Of a stretch of 64,000 nt of DNA, positions 1 to 12,129 are shown piece by piece; position 1 is the stretch's first letter; each line of letters starts with the position of its first letter. The notes beneath the pieces were generated by a model. That model made no database searches. It worked only from the letters and a program-made list of their open reading frames with translations, and was not told the origin of the DNA. Source of the stretch: Xylographa opegraphella. Lineage: Eukaryota. The position numbers and the translations under genes are program-made. The stretch spans positions 124,001 to 188,000 of the forward strand of contig JALDZX010000012.1 of assembly GCA_022813865.1 (NCBI GenBank), written 5' to 3'.

Positions 1-243
1 TGAATTTGGCTGCTTGGCTTCTGGAGCGGCAGACACATTGACAGTCACACCGAGGTGGAGTAAGGAAGCACTCCGAGCTCTGAAGGTTCAGCATTCACGT
101 AGGCTTCACCAGTATCGGGAAGCTCCTTCCGTTGTGGGCGGTGATGACATCCATCCAATCTTTAGGCAGTTCCTGGGTGCGCTCTCTGTTCTCCAAACAT
201 TGCTAAAGTGAGATTCCCTTTACGCAACACTTTGGTGGAAAAG

Positions 244-1496
244 ATGGCCGTAGCACTAAATCGAAATGAGCTCCGGACATGGAGTCAATACATTCGAGAC
301 ACGTTGATTCCTGAGCTTAAAGATGGGATCGCAGTCGCATTGACCACCAGCATCATAGATGCAATCCGTACCTTTTTGTATGAGCTACGAACCGCACATA
401 TCGATGTTGACGTTCTCCGATACTCGCGCCTTCACACAGCGCTCAAGGAAGTTTGCGTGATGAGTGATAGATGGCCAACGATGATAACATTACCAGCTGC
501 AGCGCTGCTTAAGACGTGGGAGATGAGATATGGGCCTCTGAGCGACATTACAGCGGATCTGTGGGGACCTGGAGGTAGATTAGAGGGTCTGGTTAAGCTC
601 ACGGATGCAGGGAGACTCTCGAATGATGGTACATCCAGAAGGGTTTCATCACCCGTAATGACGACGATACGGCCAAAGAGTACGAAATCTTCTTGGAGTG
701 TGGAAGGAAGCAATGGACCGTTCTTCGCTATGAAAACAGGCCATAATGGCTTCAGCGTCGGAGAGTATGTAAAGCACAGAAAGCAATACCCCTAGTTGAT
801 TTTGTACTGATTGACGAGGAAGCTGGTGGATTAAGCCCGCGGCTGCTTACCGGGATGGGATCATACATGGGTCGACCAACGGGATAACAGCAGATATGGA
901 TGGAGCATACGCCATCTTGATGACTGACATGGAAGAGGTGGAAACTGGTGAGGAAAACATTATCCGTTACTGGGCATCACGAAAAGACCCCGGCTGCCTC
1001 CAGCTAATGAAGAATGTGCATTCGCGCGAAATGGTACGGGTGCTCCGTAGCTGGCGGCTCTGCTCTCGATTGGCGCCAAAGGCAGGTTTGAGATACGACG
1101 GGCTGTGAGTAGGCCAGCCTCTTTTCAATCATTGAGCTGGCTAAACCTTTGCGTAGATATCGCGTATCGGGCTATGGAGTCAAATTGGCAGTCAACCTCC
1201 TTGGCGAGGACGAGTGGCAATACACTTTCGTCCTCGAACGATATCATGACCAGATGAAGCTCGAGAAAGCGCTTTGCCACCCTACTGCGGACGAGATGGA
1301 CGACTGGAGAGCTTACAAGCAGACCAGAGACAGCATCTCGGACAATAGCAATGATGGACCGTCTCCAGCATTTCAAGACGGCGACAAGAAGGTTATGGAT
1401 TGGATGCAAAACAATGCAGGCCAAATCGACGATGGTAGTTTTAAGAAGCCGAACGAGACTGAAGCACGAACAATAACAGAATGGCGGTCTGAGTGA
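244..1496 (+). CDS. SRA-YDG domain protein (putative methylcytosine reader), 3 exons
   Basis: Introns 765-822 (GTATGT..AG) and 1105-1156 (GTGAGT..CTAAAC..TAG) join ORFs 208-795, 896-1108 and 1149-1496. The spliced product reads GFSVGDWWIKPAAAYRDGIIHG..GI..DGAYAILM..VRVLRS..LAPKAGLRYDGLYRV, typical SRA motifs. Start taken as the ATG at 244. Confidence 0.8.
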
Positions 1497-1835
1497 TTGC
1501 GGCCAGTGGCCGAAGCAAGCAGCTGCGTATCGAAAAAGCAGTCAAAGAAGATAGCGGAGAGCGAAAGCCATTCCAAGCCGTTCCAAGATCCGAAGCCTTT
1601 TCGGGAACTGTGTGTTCTTTCGGCATGCGATGTTGTGTTAGCACCTGCGTTGTGTGCTATTGGTGACTGGAAGCAAAGCGCAGAGCAAAGGTGAAGGCGG
1701 TTGGGCCGTTTGGCTTCAATTGCTCCGACATGCGCAGCAGGACTAGGACCTAAGCCCCTCGCGGTTAGTGGGATTAACTGGCCGTCGCAGGGGCTTAGTG
1801 CGCCCACATCTGAAGAGCCGAGGCCACTCCTGCTG

Positions 1836-1879
1836 CGCTGTGTCGCTGTGTCGCTGTGTCGCTGTGTCGCTGTGTCGCT
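1836..1879. repeat. Tandem octamer repeat (CGCTGTGT)x5.5
   Basis: Read directly: cgctgtgt cgctgtgt cgctgtgt cgctgtgt cgctgtgt cgct. Confidence 0.95.
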
Positions 1880-4004
1880 TGTTAACCACCTCAAGATGCG
1901 AGTATATTCAAGATGGATAGCCTTGTCTAGGTTACAAGAGACCGATTTTGATGGAATTAAGCGACCTTTGGAGTTCGCCAGTTTGAGGCATTAGCAAATG
2001 TCACCAAAAACTTGATTTAGAAAACAAACAAAACCCTCCCAAAGCTTATGGCAATTATGCTCACATAAAATTATGAGAAAATTGGCTGCTTCCACACTTA
2101 ATATTAGTCCTTGTCTTTCAGGCCAGAATCTATCGCCCGTAGGACTTCCCAGACAATCCCAGCGTATCGTGTCCCGAGCCGCAGAACGACCAGGAAGTGA
2201 TGGCTCAAACGAAAGACACAGAGATACCCGGTCAATTTATGAGCACGAACTTCTTAGTATATACTTATCTTCCACAGGTTTATGAGATTATACTGAAATG
2301 GTCATCTTGCTGCTTTCTCCTGCTGACTGTCAGCTGCGAGCAGAATAATTACGTCTCTTATATGGTCGAAGACTCCTCTTCTCTTGCAAGCTGGCAGTAA
2401 GATCTACCCGGATGAATAGGGCAATCATCGCCGAGGGCCGTAGATAGGAGATAGCTTTGGCGCAAGTTTTACGAGTGCTACATACGTGGCCCTCAAAAGG
2501 ATCTTAACCATCTTCCACGGTCGTACAATCCGTGGTCCCGATGCCGCTTCCATTCAACTCTGCTACCTTCCGTGGTTGTGATAAAGCTAGAGACAGGGAT
2601 GACGGCCATGTTCTTAGTGGCAACAGTGATCTAACCAGGATGTCTACTTGTAAACGTCTGTGACTCAATGATTACATTTGGGGAAGTACGGTTCTGTCAT
2701 CGGAAGATGTGTTGTCGCTAGGCGCGGAGAAGGCATTATCCCGCTGTACTTATCACAGACAGATGATATGACTGAGATCTAGGGTGAGTAGCAACAATAC
2801 GAAGTGGCGATATTCACAGTCGCTCCGCACATTCGAAGTCCGGGAAACAGCGATACTTGTTCTTGCCGTATAATACTACCAGGTCACTTGCCTTGATCAA
2901 AACGGTCCTTCATCCGCCTTGGCCGGAAAGTGCAACTTTCATTTCGGAGGCCGAACTCTTTCGGCGATGCTGTGATATGAGATAAAATTGCGACATATGG
3001 CCGACACTGCCTGCGCTCAAGCGTCGTCTGTACCTGTAATTCTTGCCATGATGAAGGCGAACACAAACCCAAGTACTGCATCCTTCACAGCTGTGTTTTA
3101 CGTCTTGTCATATGATGTTCGTGAGCGGTCGCAGCAAGCCAACATCTGATCCTCCTGTTTGCTCATCGGATCAGAAAGACCGGATGAGATCGAAGGAAGG
3201 CTTGTGATTGGGCTGTTGCGGCAGTGCACCAGAACGCGCTTAAATTTGGGCGAGAACGTCGGGATCCACCCCCTAAAAGCTGCCCCTATTCGGCTGGCCT
3301 CCGGGCCGCTCAGGGGGACTTCCAGGGGAGGAAGGTATCGCCCAAGATGGAACGTTTCACTACTCTAATTGGCTTTCCAGTAACCCCCAACCATACCGCT
3401 TCCACCCAAGGGCCGCGGCTCGGGTGTTGTTGTTTTCTCAGCTTCGCTGCTCCGGTTGGCTCGAGGCAGACTTCCACCGCACGCTTAGAACGTCTTCGGC
3501 CAGAGGGCAAATCGATGAAACGCTCCTGCGCCTTACGATTGGTCGCTGCATCTCTCGAAGCGCAGCGTGGACTCAGTGACATCGTGGAAAAAATTCCTCC
3601 GCTCAGCTCGTGATGCGTGCCCTGCCCTCCACACCTCCTGACTGGGTCCTAGTCGTGGTGCACCGAGGCAGACGCCGTCGGTGGGATGTAGTCCACATAT
3701 ATAGACTTACCCCCCTCCTCTGTCGAAGCTTTCCCTTGCTGGTGGAATAGCTTCACGTTTTCGTTTCTTCTGTTTCTTTTGCTCCAAGTGCTGAGCACTT
3801 CGTCCCTCATTTTCGCGATTGCTGTCTATCACACTCCTTGACTTGCTGCACAGCGCGCTCACAATCTTTGATAGAACGGACCACAAGCTTCTACAGCTCA
3901 AAATATCTTCTTGAGATCAACAATCATTGACAAAAGCATTTCCCCTATATTTCCAAGACTATAGACCATAGAAAAACATCTTCTACCAGAACCCGTCAGA
4001 CAAG

Positions 4005-5132
4005 ATGTTATATAGCTCCGTACGTGATCGGCTGAACTCCTTATACGATACATATCTTCTGACTCTTCAACAGCGATCTCTTGCGCTCTCCTTTTTCCTT
4101 GTCTCTACGGGACTCGCTCTGCCTGTCCCGGTTCCGCAGAACACAGGTAGCTGTTCCAACGAAGGTGCTTTCTCCTGCATAAATGAAGCATCCTTTCAGA
4201 TATGTGGGAGCGGCCAATGGTCAGTTCCGTTGGCCATGGCCGCCGGAACTACATGCTCCGAGATATTCGGAACTGCTGGCTCGTCGACAGTAGCTCCTGC
4301 AAGCAACCCTTCGCCCGCTACCAACTCATCGCCCGCTACCAACTCATCGCCAGCGTCAAGTTCATCACCTGCTCCTACGCAATCCCCTGTTCCAGCACCA
4401 GCTCCGGCTCCTGCACCAGCTCCGGCTCCTGCACCTGCTCCGGTTCCTGCACCCGCTCCAGTTTCTGCGCCCGCTCCGGTTGTCCCTGCTCCCAAGCCGG
4501 CTACTCCAGCTCCAGCTCCACCTACTACCACCCCTAGCAACGAGCAGTCCACTCCGGTCTCGGCTCCCACCCCAGGTGTTTCAGCAGTCTATTCTGGCCC
4601 CGCCTCGAACTTCCCTCCAGCATCAGCCTGGCAATCCTTCTCCGCGCTCTGGGCACTGAACCTTCCCGCGCTCCACGTAGTAGACAACGACGCCGACATC
4701 GCTTCCATCCAATCCTCCATCCAAGAAATTTCCGCCGAAACCAACGGCCTCCAGTACGGCCCTATCGACCCGCGCGTTATCCTCGCCGTGATCATGCAAG
4801 AGTCGAGCGGCCAAGCAACCGTCGGCGCTACGAACAACGGCGTCAGCAATCCCGGGCTGATGCAGAGCCACGACGGCGTCGCCTACGATTACGCCGATCC
4901 GGCAGGGAGCATCAAGCAGATGATCCACGACGGAGTCCTGGGCGTCCTCACTCCGGGTGGTGGGGACGGGCTGTATAATACGACGGCCGAGCAGAACGGC
5001 AGTATCTGGGAGGGGATCCGCAAGTACAATAGCGGGAGTGTTGATGTGACGGACCTGAGTAAAGGGTTGGGGTCCACGAACAGCTACTGCAGCGATATCG
5101 CGAACCGGTTGATGGGAGCGAAGAATACTTGA
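4005..5132 (+). CDS. Secreted protein: signal peptide, CBM19-like Cys module, Pro/Ala/Ser linker, C-terminal lysozyme-like (SLT/GH23-like) domain
   Basis: A 54-nt intron at 4020-4073 (GTACGT..CTGAC..CAG) gives the signal peptide MLYSSRSLALSFFLVSTGLA. Then CSNEGAFSC..FQICGSGQW..MAAGTTC (CBM19-like), a (PA)n linker, and ILAVIMQESSG, GLMQ and YNSG motifs. Confidence 0.8.
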   Translation: MLYSSVRDRLNSLYDTYLLTLQQRSLALSFFLVSTGLALPVPVPQNTGSCSNEGAFSCINEASFQICGSGQWSVPLAMAAGTTCSEIFGTAGSSTVAPASNPSPATNSSPATNSSPASSSSPAPTQSPVPAPAPAPAPAPAPAPAPVPAPAPVSAPAPVVPAPKPATPAPAPPTTTPSNEQSTPVSAPTPGVSAVYSGPASNFPPASAWQSFSALWALNLPALHVVDNDADIASIQSSIQEISAETNGLQYGPIDPRVILAVIMQESSGQATVGATNNGVSNPGLMQSHDGVAYDYADPAGSIKQMIHDGVLGVLTPGGGDGLYNTTAEQNGSIWEGIRKYNSGSVDVTDLSKGLGSTNSYCSDIANRLMGAKNT

Positions 5133-6219
5133 TCGGGCACGGGGCTGGTCCTCTTGTGGAGACTTTATGGGGATTTTGGGGATGAGGGAGAGTTCACTTC
5201 TTGGCTTGTAAATATTGGGCTGTCGGGTATGATATAAATCTACATGAAACGAAACGCGTTTGTCGTGCTCCGACCCTATTTGCCTGCGAACTCGATCCGT
5301 GCAATCAAGGTTTATGTTGGCAAGTCTCAATTGGTGTGATGCATGGCTGAGGACTCCCGTCCATCGAAGATCGAAGAAGCATAGCCAGTCCAGTCGAGCT
5401 ACTGGCTACTTCACTACTCCGCCTAGCAATGGTAACAGAGCTCATGGCCAGGAGGAGCCTTGGAACTCTCATACCCGGTCAGCTCCAGGGCTCCTATCGG
5501 CCTTCCTATCATTACACCATATACTACACCCAGATGCTCCCCACATGAATCCGGTTCTTCGTAGCAAATCAAATTTCATAGTTCTTCCACATATCTCATA
5601 TCATCACTAACTCAGCAACGCAGTCAACAGAACCAACACTGCGCTCCACGCCCATTTCCCGCTCGCTCGCCACGGCATTTCTATCTCATCTCCATCTCCA
5701 TCCCCACGCCTGACCATTCCGCGGCTTCGCTCGACGGAGTCTTTTCGTCCGGTTCTGAGAAAGGACTTCACATTCTTTCCTCGAGGACATTGAGCGGTTA
5801 CGCTTCGAGCCCGGGATACATGTGTACAATGGGTTCAGGGGCGGGATTAGTAAATACAGCACATGACGTGGCCGTTTCCGAGCTCGGGATACATATGGAC
5901 GGCGAATACAAGGGGTGGTGTAGTGAAATACAGTATATGAAGTGGCCGCTCCCGGCCTAAGCAATAGGAAGAGATACACGAGACAAGAAGAACTGTTGAT
6001 CTTGTCCTTTTCTCGCATGCATGCTGTTTTCACAAACACAGACGTAGCGTCTTACGCCCATATGACCCGTGGTACCCATGGATTGACGGCCCATTCTCGA
6101 TGGCCTCGAAAGCGTGCAGGGTACGGGTATATCTTCCTCCAGCGGGCTGCGTTCTCGACCATAGTACCGATTAGGATGATTGCACAAGCCTTGATACTGC
6201 CCCCAAACAGCGTTCCGCA

Positions 6220-7235
6220 TCAAGCTCCTTCCATGGCCTCCAGAAAGCCTCTCACAAGCTCACCGAACCTCACGGGGTCCTCCCAGTAGCACCAATGCCC
6301 GCCCCAGTCGACCACCACCGCCCTCGCGAACCCTCCTTCTCTCGCCCCCACCGCATCCCACTTCCCCTCATTCACCAATCCCACCACCGCAAGCGGGCCC
6401 GCCGGTGGAAAGCACCCACTCCGCTCACTCGCCACGACCAGCACCTTCGTCGTGCTTCCACAGCCTGGCCCGAAAGCGTGCGCGATACTATCCCGCCAGT
6501 CCAGCGCCGTGTGATCGGCCATCAGCTTCCCGTACCACTCGGGCCTCCCCTGCCTCGCGATCTCCACGAAGAACGCCTCATCATCCGCCGCCTGCTGAGC
6601 CGCGACTCTGTCCGTGGGCAGTGGATGCGACCGGTACGCCAAACACGCCGCCACGGTCGCTCTATACGCCTTGTCCGGATCCGTCGCTAGCGTCGCCTGC
6701 ATCGCAGCCAGCGAAGCGGCGTCGTTGCACCCACGATTCCCGTACGCAGCGCTCCAGTCGAGGGCGTAGTTCTGCAGCGGGGCCTGGTCGACGAAGACCA
6801 TGTGGGAAAAGGCAGCGGGGGTGAACAGTTCGGCGTAGGACCAGAGAATGGCGCAGCCGAGAGAGGCGCCGATGGCGGCTATACGGCCGTAGTCGAGTGA
6901 GAGATACGATATCAGGTTGTGAAGGTCCATGGCAAGGCGGGCGACGTGGTAGCCGCTGGCGGGCTTAGCAGAGGCGCCATGCCCGCGGAGGTCGGGGACG
7001 ATGAGGCGGCGGTGAGGTAGGTGCGGGAGGAGGGGCGAGAAGACGGCGGAGGAGCCGGTGAAGCCGTGGAGCTGTTTTGGCGGAGCGGTCAGCTGTGGGT
7101 GACAGGGCCCGGGACTGAGCGTTTGATGGATGGGAAGGCGATGAGAGATGTTACCAGGATTAAGGGAAGAGCATCCCGTGGGCCCTTGTCGTGATATGCC
7201 AGGGCGATCCCATCGTTGGCCACGAATCGCTGCAT
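6220..7235 (-). CDS. Alpha/beta hydrolase (non-heme haloperoxidase/perhydrolase-like), 2 exons
   Basis: Exon 1 MQRFVANDGIALAYHDKGPRDALPLIL, intron 7072-7154, then LHGFTGS..VPDLRGHGAS..GYHVARLAMDL, the GASLG nucleophile elbow, FVDQAP and GGHWCYWE (catalytic His). Confidence 0.85.
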
Positions 7236-7912
7236 GCGGGAGGGACAGGAAAGTGTATCAAATGGATAGGATATTCCTATATCGATATTGCCTGTCGGAC
7301 CTTAGTATAGACCACTGCTATTTTGTGGTGCTACTTCTGTAGACTTTGTTTGTGCCGATTCGTAGAGACGATACATAGGGGTCACATTGGGCTGGTTGAA
7401 GTCCAGAAAAAGTGACTTCGGCGCAAAGCAGCGGCTTTTTTTGAGTCACGAAATGGACAGTCCAACAAACGCCGTCACTGCATACTCTACTATGTCACAG
7501 GTGGACAGGACCCCTCGACAGAGACATGGCGTTGATAAGGAATAATAATTGTTCATGGAGGCCTTGTTCGAGATTAAGCTCGACGCTTTGTTGACACAGC
7601 AGCTTCCAAAGGACACAACTCCCGTTCGAGCCACACACTGTCTATCTTATATAAGCTTGACGTTACAAGCGAATTCACTATCAAAAGATTGCACTTTAGT
7701 ACTCTATACCTGCCGCGTCCCTAGCGAGTTCTGGTATCCTCTACAGCTTTCGTTAAATGTAAGTGATCGGACTAGTAGAGTCCGCTTCTTGTTCTGTGGA
7801 GTGGAATCAAGAGGCATTTGACTTGGACCTTAGCCCATCGACCATAGAACTGCATAGTTCCATGAATTGATTGTATGCATACGCAGCCGGTCAACTAGGT
7901 GTTCTTAAACTC

Positions 7913-8990
7913 CTAGATTTCATACTTGAGTCCGCTCTCTTTCCGTACCGCTCCATAAATACTAGCAATATCACCTTTCGAGCCTTGAACTTTTTGTACA
8001 TCTGCAAGATGAGCATCAGCGACCTCCACATCTCTCATCTTAACTCCGCAAGACTCAGCAAGGCTCAAAGCGTGCTTGGCATCTTTCCGGGCCAGATCCA
8101 CGCCGAAAAGGGGCTTGACCATCGTTAGCTTTCAGCTCAGTGATACATTCTAGTCTAGTGAAATATACCTCGTCTCTTTTGTAATAATCACCACCCATTA
8201 GCCGGCCAGAGTACGCAGTATACGGTCCTGGAAACATGGCTTCAATGAAGCTATGAAGATTCTCGCTACCAAGTCCGCTCTTCTCCGCTAACGCATGGCC
8301 TTCCGATAAGGTCTCTACCATGTTGAGGACAAACGTATTCCCTATGATCTTCAAGTGTGTTGCTTTACTCGGGGCTTGACCACTGAAGTCAATCTCTGCA
8401 CGGCCCATAACTCCTTTGCAGTATGGCTTCACTTTATCAACGAGAGATTTTTGGCCCGCGAGCACACAAACGAGCTGGCCTCCTTCGGCCATGGCGGGAG
8501 CGCCAAAAACTACACATTCACGTTGTCAGCAGCGCTCTATATGTAACTCAGCGAGAAAAGACTACCCGGGCATGCTACAAAATGGGCACCGTGCTCTTCA
8601 ACTATTTTGGCAAGCTTGCTCGTCGTGTCTGGGTGGACTGTTGAGCAGTCAACAAACAGCTTGCCCTTCACGTCGCCCTTCACAGCCGTGGAAAGGGTAT
8701 CAGTTATGGCTTGGTCATCCCCCAAACACGTGAATATTATATCCGCTTTCGCAACACCTTCACCGAGCTCTTCAACCACAGTACTTTTTCCTTTGGGGAG
8801 CTTGGCTTGTAGGTCTGTTGCGCGCTTCGTGGTGCGATTGAATATGATCAATGGCTTGTCCAGATCGCCTTTTTCTACCAGATTTTTACACATACCCTGA
8901 GATTCATTAGATGAACAACAGCCAAGCGGGACAATAACTCCGTACGCGGCCCATGTTTCCAAGACCAATCCATGTTAGTTGAGGTGCCAT
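7913..8990 (-). CDS. 3-hydroxyisobutyrate/6-phosphogluconate dehydrogenase family NAD(P)-dependent oxidoreductase, multi-exon
   Basis: Exon 1 MAPQLTWIGLGNMGR (Rossmann GxGxxG), then FVDCSTVHP, ACPVFGAP, LKIIGNTF and LARKDAKHAL across ORFs 8537-8968, 8055-8492 and 7913-8122, separated by GT-AG introns. Confidence 0.9.
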
Positions 8991-9536
8991 GATTGTTTTC
9001 TGATTGTGCAAGACTTTGTGGTGACTGTCTTTGGGTGAATAATCAGCTTGTATTGATTGTTGAGGAATGATCTTTGTAGAAGTAGGGGGGAAGTATATCC
9101 TATCGTCACATATTCACCTCTTTGACGGTATGACGTGGGAGTCTCCACCATAACTTCTGCCGGTTGAACGAGACAACCTAAATCCCGACTACTGGCTGAC
9201 TTCGGGATTTGAAGGCCTATGATTTGATTGGATCATTTCTGGAAACTTTCTACGGATTGACAAACTTGACAACGTAGGAATGACGGTAGGCCCCCAGCAA
9301 TGGAAAACATTCCTATGTCCAAGGCTCTAAATTTTTGACATCTGACGCTAGTGTTATCGCATAGGCTTGTTTCTTATCGTGTCTTGGCACGTTTCCCCAG
9401 ATTTGACGAGTGTGCAATGGGACATTTTCCCGCTGCTTTCTGCTAACTATTACTTTCCATACCCAGTCGCTTTCTAGAAAACTTTCATGCATCAATACTG
9501 CTCATTAAATTCGTCCTTCCTGGCGAAGGACGAAAC

Positions 9537-11872
9537 ATGAATGTCTATGGGGCGGCCATAATCAGACGCATTAGGTTGAGCAAGGCAGCTGTCAGTTCTG
9601 AAGGCCGAGTCGACCATTGCCAATACTAATCAGTGTTTACAGCGTGATCGTAAAGGCTGTGATTGGTACATAGCGCAGCACGTATGTGGGCTTGCTACTG
9701 AATCAGTAAACTGTCCTGCACGCCCTTCAGACGCGATAAATCTGCCGACGAATGGAGATCTACATCTACCTTTACAAGATCATACGGGAGGCGCACGACC
9801 AAACCAGCATAATGAGAGGGTACAAATTCCCTTTAATGTTCGTAAGGACCTTTTTATGCTAAGTGCTCTAGAATTTCTTTCTAGATGTCCTCAGCTCCAC
9901 TTCGGGCAAGAGAGAGGCCAAAGCATATTTATCACGGTTCAAGCCGCCCAGCCCTCAAGTCAAGAATGGACTCAATTCAAAGCATAGTAGGATCAAGAAG
10001 ACTGAGAGTCATCAAATAAGCGGCGTGAATCTAGGTGGTCTATTTCTTACTGCAAGGGCGGTTGATGAAAGCCCTATTTTCAGTCAGGATACAGTTCCGA
10101 GAACATTTGTCGACATCTCCTCGGAACCCTTGCATGTTGCTCTTGTCGGTTTCAAGTCACCTCAATTGATTGATGATCACACTCTGCAAGGGATTGGGCT
10201 TACACTGTCACAGTTGGCTAAATTGGGACTCAATTGCATTGTCGTGGTAGATCTTCAAGATGAGGGTGCTCAGAAACTCTCCTCGGAGCAGCCTCTACTT
10301 TGGAGATCTAAAGTCATTGAGCAAGCAGATCGTGTAGTATCTGCGATAGAACGCCAAGGTGGGCGAGGAGCGAGGCGATTAGACAGTGTCATTGGCATTT
10401 CACCAACGAAAGATGAACTTACACCTTCAGTGAAAATCCGTGGAGACGTGCGGGTCATTCACCGGAACCTCCTCCTTGCACCACTTCGAAGGGGCGTTGT
10501 ACCTGTCGTGGTGCCTGTCGGATACACCTCTCTTGATCAGAAGGTCGTTGCCGTCAGTGCTAAAGATGCGATGCTTGCTCTAACACGAGAACTCGCCGGC
10601 ATAGTTCGGTGTTCCACTCCAGAAGATGACCCGGAACATCTTTTGCAGAGTATCTGGAGAGCGCAAAGAGGGGTTTCACTAGATCGAATTATTATTCTGG
10701 ACCAAATTGGCGGTATACCCTCAACAAGTAACATGAAAGACTCACATATTTTCATCAACCTTGAACAAGAATACGAGGCAATCTGTGATGGACTCGTAAG
10801 GCTCAGGGACAGTCCCAAGACCAAGATGCAAGACGAAGTCGCGCACCGGGCTTCCAGGCTGCCTACTCTTGGAACGGGCAACCCACGATCGGAGTTTGAG
10901 AAAGGCGAGATCGTACCTGCATCAATGCAAGCACTGAAAGATCGTCAATCCGCTATGGATATCATCATCGAGAACCATTTGAACAGCCTTGAGCTCGTTC
11001 ATGACGCACTAGCTATACTTCCCACGTCGTCTTCAGCGCTTTTGACCACCCCGCAAGAAGCTGCCAGTTCGAGTGGTCACTCTTCTCTTGCAAAAATGCC
11101 TGGAGTCGGTACACGACCGTTTCGCAACCCTCTCATCCACAACCTTCTGACCGACAAACCTATCTTTTCATCCTCCTTACCACGCGCCCGTCTCTTACAA
11201 TCAACCAATTCTACCCCAAATCCTTCTACGCCGGCCACATTTATCAAACGTGGCATGCCGTTGACCTTCCGGCCGGATCCTCGTATCGAGGCGTGGAAGC
11301 CGCCAACGCCTTTGTCTCTGCCACCTCAGCTTTCCGATCCACAAATCGACCTTGCACGCCTGGTTCACCTCATCGAGGACTCTTTCAGTCGTACACTAGA
11401 TGTGCAACGCTATATGGCTCGTGTCTCGCAAAATTTAGCAGGTATCATTATTGCAGGCTCCTACGAAGGTGCCGCTATCCTCACCTGGGAGGCTCCGCCC
11501 AACCTCCCTTCATCCGTACTTCCAGGCACGCCAGCTTATGCCGCTCGTATGGTTCCATATCTTGACAAATTTGCTGTGCTCAAACGCAGTCAAGGTGCGG
11601 GAGGGGTTGCCGACATTGTTTTCAACGCCATGGTGCGTGATTGCTTTCCGAAAGGGGTTGTTTGGAGAAGTCGAAGGGACAATCCAGTCAACAACTGGTA
11701 TTTCGAAAGGGCGAAGGGTACGTGGAAGATCCCGATCAAAGAACAGGGCACGCAAGGCTGGACGATGTTTTGGACCACGGAAGGAGTCGACGGGGAGAAA
11801 TTTGATGATTACGCGAGTGTCTGTAGGACGGTGGAGACGAGCTGGGCTGATGGAAAAAAGCTTTTGGACTAA
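9537..11872 (+). CDS. ARG2: Mitochondrial amino-acid N-acetyltransferase (N-acetylglutamate synthase)
   Basis: Two 5' introns (~9591-9642, ~9820-9871) lead to FFLDVLSSTSGKREAKAYLSRF. Later motifs: RNPLIHNLLTDKP, YLDKFAVLKRSQGAGGVADIVFNAM, WRSRRDNPVNNWYFER. The 5' exon positions are less certain. Confidence 0.9.
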
Positions 11873-12129
11873 GCACAGAAGTGCTGTGAGGGAGTAATAT
11901 TTTTGCACGGAGATATTGTAGTCGATTCGATAGTGACTCGAGGATTCTCTAGTAAACTCTGATCAAATGAAATGGAACAGACTACTTCACAGCTATCCGA
12001 ACTGTTCTTAACTCGCAGTATGGAAAATCGATTATGCTATCTTACATGGGCTGAGCCCAGCCTTCTAGATTCTCGACTAAGGCTGACTATACTAGTATCA
12101 GAGGAGTTTCTCAGAACTCAACAGAGCGC

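Noticed and set aside
5804..5899. Imperfect direct repeat CGAGC(C/T)CGGGATACAT
   Set aside because: Only two short copies, with no TIR/LTR structure or target-site duplication.
9300..9540. Arginine attenuator uORF upstream of the arginine biosynthesis gene
   Set aside because: That peptide belongs to CPA1/Neurospora arg-2 (carbamoyl-phosphate synthase small subunit), not to this acetyltransferase; no such peptide was seen.
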